Source: Macrostomum lignano (taxonomy: Eukaryota). From it: DNA of 64,000 bases. Of this stretch, positions 32,107 through 45,006 are shown one piece after another. Made by a program: the position numbers and the translations under genes. The notes under the pieces were generated by a model that saw only the letters and a list, made by a program, of their open reading frames with translations, did not search any database and was not told the origin of the DNA. Location: contig NIVC01000291.1 of NCBI GenBank assembly GCA_002269645.1, positions 696,229 to 760,228 of the forward strand, given 5' to 3'. Numbering within the stretch: the stretch's first letter is position 1; each line of letters opens with the position of its first letter.

Positions 32107-35100
32107 TCAGTTGCCTGTCGAGCGTGGCTGCGACTCTTCTTTCTTGAAGACATCCATCAGCTCGTCCAGCACGGTGGCCACCTTCTGTGGATTGCGCTCG
32201 CTCAGGTTGATTCCCTTCACAATCTGCCGCTTCACTTTGGGCTGGACGCGGGCCTTGGCCTCGGTTGTCGGGATGTCCTCGTACGGATCGAACAGCGGAT
32301 TAAAGAAACCCTTCACGTTGCTGTACCTGTGATCGGGTAGTTAAAGTCGGTTTTTGGTCAAAGTCAAGCAAGATCATGAAGGTGCGTGAAGCCACGAATG
32401 GCACAACTTAGGAAGATCCTGACAGAAACCCAGCTAAGCATTGAAACCTAGTTGGTGCCCAACTGAACTCCTAATTCTGTCCTAAAACATGGTCGATAGC
32501 CCCTGAAAACCTTTCTGACTGGTGCCTAAGGCCAGTAGCCAATAGCTCTAGTAACCTAGCGAATTACGGGTGCTCCCGCTGAGACTAACGTAAATTTGAA
32601 CCGCCCAGAATAAAACCGGCCCTGTACATACTTGTCCTTGAGCGACTTGAATACGTTCAGCCGAGTTTTGACTTCCTCGAAGATGCTGTCCTCGCGGCCG
32701 ACCATGGAGCGCCAACCGGGCACCACCCGGTCCACATTCTTGGCGCTGATGCGGTCCTTACCCAGCAGGTCGTCCGGATTGGCGCCGGCTACCTGGGCAT
32801 CCTGTACCAGCTTCTCCTTGAACTCGTTGAAGCTGACAATAGGTACGGCCTTCTCCAGTCCGGCCTGGCCGCTCTTCTTTGGTCGCTTAGTGCCCGAAGC
32901 CTTCGGCTTGGCCGCCTTCTCCGTCACTGGACTGGTGGCCGGAATCTCGGCGATGGCCTGGCCGAGCAGTTGGAATCTCTGGTTGAGCTCTTCGCGGCGG
33001 TCCTTCACGAAGTCGTACTTGATCGGCCCGATGTAGATCTTGGTGACGTTGATGCGTTCAGCCAGCTCGCGGCCGGGCACCAGGGAGCGCGGGTAGGGCG
33101 AAATTGGGTTGCGCTTCAGATGCTCCTTCTCGAAGCAATACTCCAGGTAGATATTGTCCTCATTGATGAAGCGAATGTTCTTGATGATGGCGTCCGGTTT
33201 GATCTTCTTCTTGCCCTTCTTCGATTTAGCGTCGTCTTTGGCTGAAAGACGCGCAAAGTCACCATCAAAGTTTTTGAAAGGACAGCTGAGGCAGATTTAC
33301 CAAGAAATCAGCCCACTACTAACTTAAAATTTCATGAGATGCATTATATAACTGACGCAGCATGACTTAACTAAACTGGATAAAATACAACATGAAATTT
33401 CGCCTTGTTCTCATAAATTTACAATTAAATAACAACAACAGAAAAAGATTGGAGCCCCCAACTCACAGGAGCCAGCTTTGCTCTCAGTAATGCTGGTTGT
33501 TGGCAGCAGCACCTGTGGGAACGGCACACCAAGCTGCTTGTCACCGAATATCCACTCGCGACGTCGGTTCATGATCAGCTTCATCTTCTTGAGCTTGAAC
33601 TTTGCCTTCATCTCTTTGTCGGATAGAATAAAATAGGAAGCATCCATGATTTCTTCCTCTTGCTCTTGCTGGAATTGGGAAAAGTGGAAAAAAGGACACT
33701 TTATAAATCACGCTGGTGGAACTTCGCGTATCTTGCGTCAAACTCTTGCTCGATTCCGATTGGCATGCAGTACTGAACATCAGCTTAAGATTTAAAATAT
33801 CACCCCATAATTAATAGCCACTTCCCCTACATGACCTACACGCCCCCTTCCAGAATGCAACTAACCTCTTCAGAATGCTACAGGTCACCCTCACAAATGC
33901 TACTTTGAACGTGCCATCAAGTCACCCTCAGAATTAGCCAGATCCCACTCTCAACACGCAAGATAACGAGAGCCCGATCAGCTTAAAACGGAGTCAAACC
34001 ACCGTCAACTCCAAGGCGCACCTCCTGAGTCTCATCCTCTTCTACATCGTCGCTTGTCCCGGCTGCGGCACTGTCGACCTTGTCGTAGCAGACGGGGTGG
34101 CCAGGGAAGTCGGGGCCGCACACGGAACTGTTCGGATAGCCGATGTCTGACCTGGCCGTAAAGTTGCGCGGCGGCTCCTGAACTCCAAACTGGCTGCGGA
34201 ACAGGAACTTGTCCTGCGTGCCCAGCGGGTGGAAGGCGTACACGTAGGCCTGCGCGGTCTTCACCGGGCCGTTGCTGGGCAGCAGGTTGCCGGCGGCGAA
34301 CAGGCGGTTGTTCTGTTTCCAGCTGGAGTCCAGCACCGTACGCTGCTCTGTAGCTCCGTACGGAGTGTCGCAGTTCATGTCGCCATAGTTAATTGAGCAT
34401 TTATTGCTGCGCTGGAACGGGAAGTACAGCTCCATGTTGTCCACGGAGTTCTCGGTCGTGTAGATGCCGAATTTGAAGCTGGAAGGTAAACACGAAATAT
34501 ACAATTGAAAATCTTGACAAACTGAGCTAATCAATTGGTATGGAATAGTCAAGAATAGAGAGGTATTTCTTGGCACACAAATTAGAAAGAAGTCAACAGA
34601 ATGCCCAACTCACCGCTGTTTGTTGTACACGAGTCGCTGGCGGTATTCGGGAAACCAGCGCTCCAGCATGGTGTTGCAGATCTTCACCATGGTGTAGTCT
34701 GGGCCCTGGATCTGCACAATCAGATATTTGATCCATTTAAACTTGCCAACCTGCTTGTTTAGAATTCGGTTTGTTATGAGGATGACGCACTTTGATTTTC
34801 GAGAGCATTTTTTAATGATGGCAGAGTATTGCGGCTTCAGCAGGTTGAGATTCTCGTCTGCGGAAGAAAGTGGATGCAACAAGACTGATTACTTCGGTTT
34901 GGATTCATTCATACGAATTAAGAGACTTGTGTCTGAGCCCTGAGGTGATTTTGTTTCCTAGATATGCATTCAGCCATCTAAACAAGTTTTGAGCACCTTT
35001 CAGGAACAGTAGGTACTCGCAGACAACTGGCTTGTTCTGCTGGTGCCACTTGGCAATGTTCTGGCCAAGCTCAACGGCAAATTTGTGCTGCACCCGCTCA

Positions 35101-35629
35101 TCGCTCGTCAGGTTCCCCGACTCGTCGCGGGGCGGAAAGGTCTCGCGCTGGTCAGCGGCGGTCACATGCTCCCAGTAGGGTCCGAGCAGGTTGTTGTCTG
35201 TTGAGGTGAAGGGGCGCAGTTATCTTGTTCTGGCAGGTTAACTGTTGGTTTCAATTAATTTAATTTAATTTATATCAGTGTAAATTTTACCCTAACTTTA
35301 GCTTTTGCATCGCTGGCAATCTTTTTAATTGCAATTGCAAGTCACTAAAATACAATGGAACCCCGGAAATCCCAGAAAGCAAGCCTACCTGAGGTGAACA
35401 TTCGCAGGTTCCTCGGATCATTGAGCTTCTTGTCCAGAAACGCCTGCTTCCTTGCAGCCTTAGCCGCTGCCTCATCATTGCCCGCGGCGGCGCTGTTATT
35501 TGCTGGCGGCTGTTGGTCCTCCTGGATGAGAGCCGAGCCCTGGGCGTTGTTGTTGCCCTGAGAGTTCAGGCGATGGCATTCCTGCAGCTCCTGCTGGTCC
35601 AGTGGCATTTTTTGAGCGTTCAGCTCCAT
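32107..35629 (-). CDS. Orphan 8-exon gene, about 700 aa; N-half possibly a degenerate APE/EEP fold. Exons 35629-35389, 35197-34997, 34857-34751, 34711-34614, 34478-34022, 33668-33545, 33241-32590, 32326-32107
   Basis: The ORF fragments chain through GT-AG junctions with consistent phases (total 2100 nt) and host-like codon bias. The exon 2 donor and the 39-nt intron 3 are uncertain. Confidence 0.72.
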
Positions 35630-36084
35630 TTTCAAGCAGGCACAGACAGCTTAGCTGGATTTGGGTCTTTCGGTGCTTCAATTCGGTATCAAGTGAATTG
35701 CGATTAAGTGCCAACTGTTTCTTCGGCTTGACTTGAAAGACGGGGCATTGACTGACTTCAATCACATAGACATGCGCACAGCCTCCCTCCCGGACCAAAC
35801 AGCGTTTAGGCGTTCGGGCCATAGACAGCGATATACTTGAAGTATTTAAGCTGTCTCAGCCAAGCAAAGCAACAAAAGTTTGCTTTGACACTCGCACTTG
35901 CAGAGTTGCAGCTCGAAGAAAGAAGATTTGCGCACTCGAAACCTAGAGATAAATCTACCATTTTTAGGAAGCTGTTTGAATCGACCTTGAAGAAGGCATG
36001 TTGCATCTCATAAAGCATAGAGAAAACGATTTTCCGGGATAATATTAAACAAAGTGAAAGCTAAAAACGAAAAAATAAATACAA

Positions 36085-36454
36085 GGTCTGGTCTGGTCTG
36101 GTCTGGTCTGGTCTGGTCTGGTCTGGTCTGGTCTGGTCTGGTCTGGTCTGGTCTGGTCTGGTCTGGTCTGGTCTGGTCTGGTCTGGTCTGGTCTGGTCTG
36201 GTCTGGTCTGGTCTGGTCTGGTCTGGTCTGGTCTGGTCTGGTCTGGTCTGGTCTGGTCTGGTCTGGTCTGGTCTGGTCTGGTCTGGTCTGGTCTGGTCTG
36301 GTCTGGTCTGGTCTGGTCTGGTCTGGTCTGGTCTGGTCTGGTCTGGTCTGGTCTGGTCTGGTCTGGTCTGGTCTGGTCTGGTCTGGTCTGGTCTGGTCTG
36401 GTCTGGTCTGGTCTGGTCTGGTCTGGTCTGGTCTGGTCTGGTCTGGTCTGGTCT
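36085..36454. repeat. Pure (GGTCT)n pentanucleotide satellite, 74 copies
   Basis: 370 bp uninterrupted. Confidence 0.98.
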
Positions 36455-37252
36455 TCCACTAGATACTCCAAGTGGAACCAGTCAGGGAGACATGGCACAT
36501 CCACAGTGGCATCGTTCATTCATCCGTGGGCTGTCCCACCAAAAAGCAAGTTTAGTCTCGTCCGATTTTTCATTTATGCAGAACGGATAGGCGACTTTCA
36601 GAGCGCCTTCTCACACAATTTGGCATGATTTCAATCTTGGTTCAATCGGCTTTGATGATTTTAATTTTAAAGTTGAATAAATTGTCCAAAAGCAGAACTT
36701 TATAGTTTTCAGGGCCGTAGTTCATCTTTAGTAGTTCACCTTACCATACGAGCAACGGCTGCGTGGCTGCACGCCTCAAGCCAGATTTTCCAGCCTGGCC
36801 AAAGCATGGCAATATTGTTTAGAAGCCTGACCCATTTCACACAAGAGGCACGCTCTTGCACTGCCTTGGAGACTGTGTCTGACTCTCTCATCTCTCAGCC
36901 CCCTTTGCCTGGCTCAGTGCTCGCACGGCCTGTACAGGCTTGTAGTAACTCTGCAGACTGTGGGTGTGTAGGACTGCCAATTTTTCTTTCTTGAGCGTTT
37001 TTAGAATGTACATACGTTGTCCGAAGACAGACAGCTTTGACTCGGAACTCTGGCTGAGTAATTTCAAGTGATTATAAAACAGCTTTCTCGATCCGGTGCT
37101 GAAACCTTGCAAGGTTGCGCCAGGTCTAAGCCAGATTTAGAAAGATTCTGAGGATCGATGAGGTAGGCAGATCTTGCCATAAGACTTCCAGAACAGATCC
37201 GCTACGTAAAAAATCTTAGAAACCTTGACAGAGCCAGCCGCGCCTCTGCAGA

Positions 37253-39985
37253 ATGGAGACTGGCTTCAAGCGTCGGAACTTGAAGATTCTGGGCTCTCTG
37301 CTGATTGCCGCAGTTGTTGGGGTAAGAAACTTGAGCGAAAGTAAAAGCGACTGGTTACTCAGTTGACTGAGTTATTGAGTAAACTGGATTACGTACTTTT
37401 CAGACTTTGCTCTCAGGTGTGCTCAAACAGTGCACTAGTTCAAACTGTACTGTCAAAAGATCGCAAGTTCTGGGCTACAAAGCAATGTCCAAAGCACAAT
37501 CGGTCCTCAAAAACGTTTCCTCTGTGCCAAAAATTCTTCACCAAGTGTTCGCAAGCGAGCGAGTCTATGCAAACTACTTGCCCTTTGTCAACAGCTGCCT
37601 TAGCCGCAACCCTGACTGGCAGTACTACCTGTGGACCGACAAGACAGCCGAGAAGCTCATTGTCGATCGGTACCCGGAGTTCCTGGCCAAATACAAGCAG
37701 TACACCGACAACTTGGAGAAGGCCGATTCTATCCGGTACATCGTGCTTCATCATATGGGCGGTGAGTGCTAAGCCGCTCGAAGGGTCCCGCAGTACTCGT
37801 AACTTCGTTCAGAGAAATGCTCATTGAGGAAGGAGTATAGCTATATTAGCAGTATGCGAAGTATGTCCCTATGTGTATGCATGCACTGAATCGCTCAAAC
37901 AGGCATTTACCTGGACATGGACGTCGAATGCATCAGGCCATTTTTCCCGGCTCTGGAGGGTATCCAGGCCTTCCTCGACCAGGAGCGGCCGGAGCAGACC
38001 AACATTGGCCTGGCCCAGCGCTACTCGGCCATGAACTCGGCCATGGGCGCCCGGCCGGGCCATCCGTTCTTCCGGCACGTCATCGACCAGCTGCGGGCCG
38101 GAACTCGAGTCGGCGAAGCGCTGCGAACCACCGGCCCGCTGGCGCTGACCTCCGCACTCGAGTCCTACAGGCAAGTTCGAGCGGCTGCCGACGTGAAACT
38201 CCTGGATCCCAAGGTGTTTTCTCCGCTGATGGTCGATATGAACAAATGGAAGAAGATATGTCGACATCTTCGTAAGTGTCGTGATTTTGGTCGGTTTGGG
38301 ACCCTGCGGAACAACAAGTGCAGAATAACAAGTGCAGAATAACAAGTGCAGAATAACAAGTGCGGAATAACAAGTGCAGAATAACAAGTGCAGAATAACA
38401 AGTGCAGAATAACAAGTGCGGAATAACAAGTGCAGAATAACAAGTGCAGAATAACAAGTGCGGAATAACAAGTGCAGAATAACAAGTGCAGAATAACAAG
38501 TGCAGAATAACAAGTGCAGAATAACAAGTGCAGAATAACAAGTGCAGAAATGCTTTACGCATGCGAACAGCTACATGTTAGCCCAGCGGACAGGGGAAAC
38601 AAATTAATGTGAAAACTCGAACTGGAACATATTGCTGATCACGAGCGAGGCTTCAACAATTTTGTGTGCGAGTTTGTGCCAAAGAATAATTGCAGAGCTC
38701 CAAAAGCGTCTGGAACAGAAGTCTCCAAAGGGGGTCGCCATAGATTTTATTGTGGGGGGACAAAGCCGAGAATTCTACATGAATAAACTCCTTCATTATT
38801 TAAGGAATAGGTGGTGTTGTTGGCATTCAATTTGGCCACACAGACAGGCACTCATTTTGACACCACAGACAGGCACTCATTTTGGCGCCACAGACAGGCA
38901 CTCATTTTGGCGCCACAGACAGGCACTCATTTTGACCCCACAGACAGGCACTCATTTTGGCGCCACAGACAGGCACTCATTTTGACCCCACAGACAGGCA
39001 CTCATTTTGACCCCACAGACAGGCACTAACTTTGGCGCCACAGACAGGCACCAGACAGGCACTCATTTTGGCGCTACAGACAGGCACTCATTTTGACCCC
39101 ACAGACAGGCACTCATTTTGGCGCCACAGACAGGCACTCATTTTGGCGCCACAGACAGGCACTCATTTTGACCCCACAGACAGGCAATCATTTTGGCGCC
39201 ACAGACAGGCACTCATTTTGGCGCCACAGACAGGCACTCATTTTGACACCACAGACAGGCACTCATTTTGACCCCACAGACAGGCACTAACTTTGGCGCC
39301 ACAGACAGGTACCAGACAGGCACTCATTTTGGCGCCACAGACAGGCACTCATTTTGGCGCCACAGACAGGCACTCATTTTGGCGCCACAGACAGGCACTC
39401 ACTTTGACACCACAGACAGGCACTCATTTTGGCGCCACAGACAGGCAGTCATTTTGGCGCCAAGCGCACAATGCTTTGGTGCCCTGAAGTACAATTATTG
39501 ATTTCCATAACAGGTGAAAAGGTGGGGCGAGGGACAAAGCATTGGCATGTCCCCCATAGCTTTTACTGGGGTTTTGGCTGGGATTTTCAAGACTCTTGTA
39601 TTACGAGAATATATTTTTTGTGAAAAAATTTTCGAATCCATTCTAGACTTTTCCAAGAACATGCTGGATTATTATTATTTCTTTTTTAGGGTCTTACTGT
39701 AAGTAGGCTGAAACACATTTTTATCGACCGCAGATAATTTTAATTTCATTGCCAGTTTTGTCCGCCAAGTGGTCGAGCTCTTCTCGCTGGTCGCTGCAGC
39801 AGCGCGGCTGCGTCCAGCTCCAGGCCAAGGGGTGGCGCGCGGACGACAGCAACGGCAGCACTATCGGGCTGCACCGCTTCCTGCACCTCGGCTACGACTG
39901 GATCGCCGGCAAGCAGCGACTGCCGCCCGTCAGCCTGACGAAGGCCTTTCCGGGCAGAGTGAAATTCTACGGCGGGTCTGCGTGA
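37253..39985 (+). CDS. GT32 glycosyltransferase paralog C (most divergent). Exons 37253-37321, 37404-37761, 37903-38271, 39756-39985; 341 aa
   Basis: Anchor KRRNLKILGSLLIAAVVG; VPKILHQVF, NPDWQYYLWTD, ADSIRYIVLHHMGGIYLDMDVEC, NSAMGARPGHPFF, TTGP and FLHLGYDW. Intron phases 0/1/1 as in A and B. Confidence 0.88.
38305..38549. repeat. 14-bp minisatellite (AATAACAAGTGCAG), about 17 copies, in intron 3 of GT32-C
   Basis: Direct observation. Confidence 0.95.
38836..39461. repeat. 25-bp minisatellite (CCACAGACAGGCACTCATTTTGGCG), about 25 copies
   Basis: Direct observation. A 25-aa periodicity in the spurious ORFs confirms the period. Confidence 0.95.
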
Positions 39986-40452
39986 GGCCACCTCGCAAAC
40001 TTGAAATGTCAGCTCGCGTGCTGGCGACTCAGAAGACAAATTGTCGATTCAAAGCCCGTTCGGCCAGTCGCTGCCGAAATTCAACTTAAAGTTTCATGAG
40101 AATGTGTACATACGGTACGAGCGTATTACTCATTTGACCCGCTAGGCTGCAGACGGGTGCAATTTGCTCTTCGCAGCATTTTTGCTTTTTTTAGACTCAG
40201 ACGCCAAATTTTAGCGACTTGATTTCAAATATCAGATAACTCCTTAACCTTATGATTACCAGTGGCATGCTGTGCATGCCATCGTTCATTCTGTCAATTG
40301 ACCATAGACAGATTTGAAGTCGGTGGGAAAGCGAGTTTAGACAGAATCATTGTGTCATGCTGTACGCTCATTATTCCACGCTTAGGAATCATTATTTTAG
40401 GCTTCTAAAAATACATTCATGAGACAATGTGTTTGTGTATATGGTTTTGTCA

Positions 40453-40515
40453 TAGACAATGATAAATTTTAGTCACTCGTGGCTTCGCCACTCGTGAAAA
40501 ATTTATCATTGTCTA
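40453..40515. other. 63-nt near-perfect hairpin inside the piggyBac 3' region
   Basis: 18-bp arms TAGACAATGATAAATTTT / AAAATTTATCATTGTCTA around TCACTCGTGGC-TTC-GCCACTCGTGA. Confidence 0.85.
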
Positions 40516-40767
40516 CCTCCAAAACCATATACACAATCTATCATTGTCTGACTCAACCAGATGGAATGCTACCTGGTATGCATGCCAAGGTCAAAAACTG
40601 CTTGTATTGTCATATTGCGTCGCAGTGTAACGAAACAAATAGAAAACAACATACATTGTATGTACAAAAGTAAATCTTAAGAACATAAAGGCAAATGAAG
40701 CTGCATGCAAGTGAATGAAAAGAATGCTAGCAACAGTTCGATTGCAGTTTCAGCAAAGCGCCAGCAA

Positions 40768-42511
40768 TCAGTTAGCCGAGTGCCACTCAAAGAAGCACGG
40801 CTCAAGGCAAAGCCCAGGCTGACCGTCACAACCTTGGCAGAAGTAGACGGTCCGCTTTTTCAGTCTGCGCTGCAGGTAACAAACTCGGCAACGCTTGGTA
40901 GGCCGTTCTTGTGCTACGGTAGCGGGTAGCTTTTCCAGCCGGTGATGGATGTCTCTGGACTTAACCTGGATGGACTTAACTCTGGATCGACCATTTTCAC
41001 TGCTTTCAATCAAGTGCCTTACACACCTTTCAGTGTAGTTGAGAAAGCTCATGGATCCACCTAGATGCCGGTACACAATCCAGGAGTTGCGAACCAGTTG
41101 CTGTAGCAGAAACACCGCTAGCTTTACGAACTATTTGTGCGTTCGGCGACATGCGCTGTAAGGCTGGGCTGCGGCATCCATCCGATCCACACCTCCCATG
41201 TTCTGATTATATTGCAACATCGAGTTGGGCTTCAGCAGCTGTTGCTCCACACCACCGCGCAGTACCCGGCTAACCAAAGAGCTAGCAGCTGTTGAAGCGG
41301 AGTCCAACAGATAGACAGTCTTTGTTCCTGAGCTTTGCCTGTCAACCAGCTTCACAGCGAGGATGTCACCATGTCGGGCAAAGGAATGACTCGGTGGTTG
41401 CAAGAGCATATCTCGCAGAATCGGTGGAACGCCTCGGTCTTTGCGAACGGTCCCAGTTAAGGTTGTTCCTCGGGTCAGAAGGAACTTGGCCAGTCTCACT
41501 GATGAAAACCAACTGTCGCAAAAGACCCGATATCCAAAGTTCAATAGATAGACAAAGTTCTACGACGACTCTCTCACTGATTGAGAGCTGCGGCACATCG
41601 TTGCCGAACTGTTCATTTGCAATGGTGGTTGAATGTATCCGACAGTTCCACATGTAGCCTGTAGAAGACTCTGTAAGGCAGTACAACTTGATGCCAAACT
41701 TGGCTCTCTTGTTGGGCATGTACTGCTTAAAAATCAGCCTCCCTTTATAGAGCAGCAGCGCTTCATCAACGGCAATGCTTTGACCGGGCAGGTAGCTGTT
41801 CTTGCAAACAGTCTGGACCATGTCTAGGAAAGGCCTGATCTTGCACAAGGGATCATCAGCGTCGAAGTCAAGACATTCATCGCAACGCAGCCATGTCATG
41901 ATTTGTTGAAACCGCGAGCGAGGAAGCATCTTCATGCTTTGAAAGTAGGGATGAAAGTAGAACGGGTCCGTGGACCAGTAAGCCGTCACCTCCGGTTTCT
42001 GTACAACTCCGGTATATAATATAACGCCGATCACCTTCTTCATCTCAGAAACAGTGCAGGGCTTCCACGTTCTGAGCCCGTAAGGCAGTTCATCATCTCC
42101 GTGTTCTTCTTGAAACTTGGCAATATCCAGCTGCGCTCTCTTGTTTGTCCACATGCACATCTGAAGCAGCAACTCATCGGGTAGAAACTGCTCGAAAATG
42201 GCTGTCCAGCCGTCGTCAACATCAGCAGGTACGGAGAATCCCGGATTGACTCCGTTTGCCCCGAGGAACTCGGGAAGAGAATTAGCTCGAGCATCGGTCT
42301 CTGGAGTTACTGATCTCCAATCATCGTGCATCATTCCCTGATCGTCTTCCTCCGGTCCATCGTTGCCTTCTTGATTTTCGCCACCGTCCTCTCCCTCGCT
42401 CTCAGCAGTGACAAATGAGTCATCGCTCGACTCATCGCTCGATTCGCTGTCGAGGCCCAAGTTTTGCAAGGCTTGCTTGGCTGCTTGCCGTCGCTGTCTG
42501 ACCGCTTGCAT
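40768..42511 (-). pseudogene. piggyBac transposase (PGBD4-like), with one frameshift near 41550 and one W-to-TAG nonsense at 41131
   Basis: Acidic N-terminus, catalytic AVDEA / FCDSWF / GGVD, KRAKFGIK, and a C-terminal Cys-rich domain CRVC...C.GC...GLCLEPCF. Confidence 0.92.
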
Positions 42512-43081
42512 TGTTGATTTGGTAAGCTGGGGTGGTGAGCTAAGGAGGCACCAGTAAAAATTCTTGAAGTTAACTTTTCGCGCCTGTATTTGCTCTCTCT
42601 TGACTTTTTTCTAGCTTGGCCATAGACTATACTCCAGTCAAAGATGTCACTTCTCCTGTTGAGAAAGCGTTTTCTTGCCTGTCCATAATAAAGCAACTGT
42701 TTTGGAATTCTAAGTGTACAGCGCAGATATAAATTGTCTATGGCATGTCCATATCATGCAAGATAGAAATGTGGGGAAGGAATTCTGTCGTAAACAAGTG
42801 GTTAAAAATTGCTTATTCTATTTTTACTTTTTAAGATGGGGTACGAGCTAAGGCAGCCATCTCTGCCATCGAATTACATCTCAACTCAGAGCTCTCAGTT
42901 CATTCAGCCAAATTGAATTCTGAATGAACACCTGTTTATATATAGCTTTTGCTCACGCATCCTCCCTAGACTTGAATTTTTGTCATCTATTGAAAACAAA
43001 CCCTATACCTAGCTACAAATCAGATCGAGAATCGCGAGAGCAGAGGGCTCATCTCTGTTGCTGCTTGCTAACCATGAAACT

Positions 43082-43777
43082 CAAGGACGACTTAAGTAGA
43101 AGGACGGGAAACCTCGTTTCTTAGAAAAGTTTTGAAGGCACTTTTTCCCGTAAAAATACACTACGGAGATAGGAAGTTTTCATTTTTTCAGCACAAAAAT
43201 TGTTATTGCGTTTGATAGGAGGCAGATCCAGTGTTCATCTTTTGATATGTTGTGCCTTTTTTATTGCTCTATCGATATTTATAAAGCTTTTCGTTCAGAA
43301 AATTAGGATTCTATGTTAATTTTTTATTCTACGTATATTTCCTGTATCTAAAAATCACAAAAATGCATGGCACAGCTCCAATCTTTGGTTTTATGAATCT
43401 AGTTTATCATCTGTTACAAATATTTGCTACACAGTCGGGTAAGAATGATAAAATAGACTCATGAAGCTAAAGAGCCGAGCCGTGGCATTCTAATGTATTT
43501 CAAGCACAAGACACGCGAAAATATACGTAGAATAAAAAATTAACATAGAATCCTAATTTTCTGAACGAAAAGCTTTATAAATATCGATAGAGCAATAAAA
43601 AAGGCACAACATATCAAAAGATGAACACTGGATCTGCCTCCTATCAAACGCAATAACAATTTTTGTGCTGAAAAAATGAAAACTTCCTATCTCCGTAGTG
43701 TATTTTTACGGGAAAAAGTGCCTTCAAAACTTTTCTAAGAAACGAGGTTTCCCGTCCTTCTACTTAAGTCGTCCTTG
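43082..43777. mobile_element. 696-bp MITE, about 255-bp TIRs, CAAGG...CCTTG termini, 8-bp TSD ATGAAACT (hAT or P superfamily)
   Basis: 43082-43340 is the reverse complement of 43519-43777, with no mismatch seen by eye. ATGAAACT occurs at 43074-43081 and 43778-43785. Confidence 0.93.
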
Positions 43778-43828
43778 ATGAAACTGTGCTGCTCACGTGA
43801 CATACTGCGGTAACCGTGTACTGTTCCA

Positions 43829-45006
43829 GGCACTGGGAGTGGCTGGAGGTGTCTCTGTGTGTGCACTGGGAGTGGCTGGAGGTGTCTCTGTGTGTGCACT
43901 GGGAGTGGATGGAGGTGTCTGTGTGTGCACTGGGGGTGGATGGAGGTGTCTGTGTGTGCACTGGGAGTGGATGGAGGTGTCTGTGTGTGCACTGGGGGTG
44001 GATGGCAGGTCTCTGTGTGTGCACTGGGAGTGGATGGAGGTGTCTGCGTGTGCACTGGGGGTGGATGGCAGGTGTCTCTGTGTGTGCACTGGGAGTGGCT
44101 GGAGGTGTCTCTGTGTGTGCACTGGGAGTGGATGGAGGTGTCTGCGTGTGTGCACTGGGAGTGGCTGGAGGTGTCTCTGTGTGTGCACTGGGAGTGGCTG
44201 GAGGTGTCTCTGTGTGTGCACTGGGAGTGGATGGAGGTGTCTCTGTGTACACCGGGAGTGGATGGAGGTGTCTGTGTGTGCACTGGGGGTGGATGGCAGG
44301 TCTCTGTGTGTGCACTGGGAGTGGATGGAGGTGTCTGCGTGTGCACTGGGGGTGGATGGCAGGTGTCTCTGTGTGTGCACTGGGAGTGGCTGGAGGTGTC
44401 TCTGTGTGTGCACTGGGAGTGGCTGGAGGTGTCTCTGTGTGTGCACTGGGAGTGGATGGAGGTGTCTGCGTGTGTGCACTGGGAGTGGCTGGAGGTGTCT
44501 CTGTGTGTGCACTGGGAGTGGCTGGAGGTGTCTCTGTGTGTGCACTGGGAGTGGATGGAGGTGTCTCTGTGTACACCGGGAGTGGATGGAGGTGTCTGTG
44601 TGTGTACACCGGGAGTGGATGGAGGTGTCTCTGTGTACACCGGGAGTGGATGGAGGTGTCTGTGTGTGCACTGGGGGTGGATGGCAGGTCTCTGTGTGTG
44701 CACTGGGAGTGGATGGAGGTGTCTGCGTGTGCACTGGGGGTGGATGGCAGGTGTCTCTGTGTGTGCACTGGGAGTGGCTGGAGGTGTCTCTGTGTGTGCA
44801 CTGGGAGTGGCTGGAGGTGTCTCTGTGTGTGCACTGGGAGTGGATGGAGGTGTCTGCGTGTGTGCACTGGGAGTGGCTGGAGGTGTCTCTGTGTGTGCAC
44901 TGGGAGTGGATGGCAGGTGTCTTTGTGTGCACTGGGAGTGGATGGCAGGTGTCTTTGTGTGCACTGGGAGTGGATGGCAGGTGTCTGTGTGTGCACTGGG
45001 AGTGGC
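43829..45006. repeat. About 30-34-bp minisatellite (TGTGTGCACTGGGAGTGGATGGAGGTGTCTC), about 36 copies
   Basis: Direct observation. Explains six overlapping spurious ORFs. Confidence 0.96.

Larger units (their letters stand above)
40248..42801 (-). mobile_element. piggyBac DNA transposon, about 2.55 kb, between TTAA sites, with imperfect TIRs
   Basis: TTAA at 40244-40247 followed by CCTTATGATTACCA; TCGTAAACAAGTGG followed by TTAA at 42802-42805. These ends match at only 9/14 positions, so the boundaries are tentative. Encloses the transposase. Confidence 0.68.

Noticed and set aside
34997-35021. Possible GC-AG intron (T|GCGAGT) in the orphan gene
   Set aside because: An in-phase GT donor (AAG|GTGCTC) exists 24 nt downstream, and the choice cannot be made without cDNA.
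36054-36590. (SGLVW)n and (DQTRP)n ORFs
   Set aside because: They are translations of the (GGTCT)n satellite.
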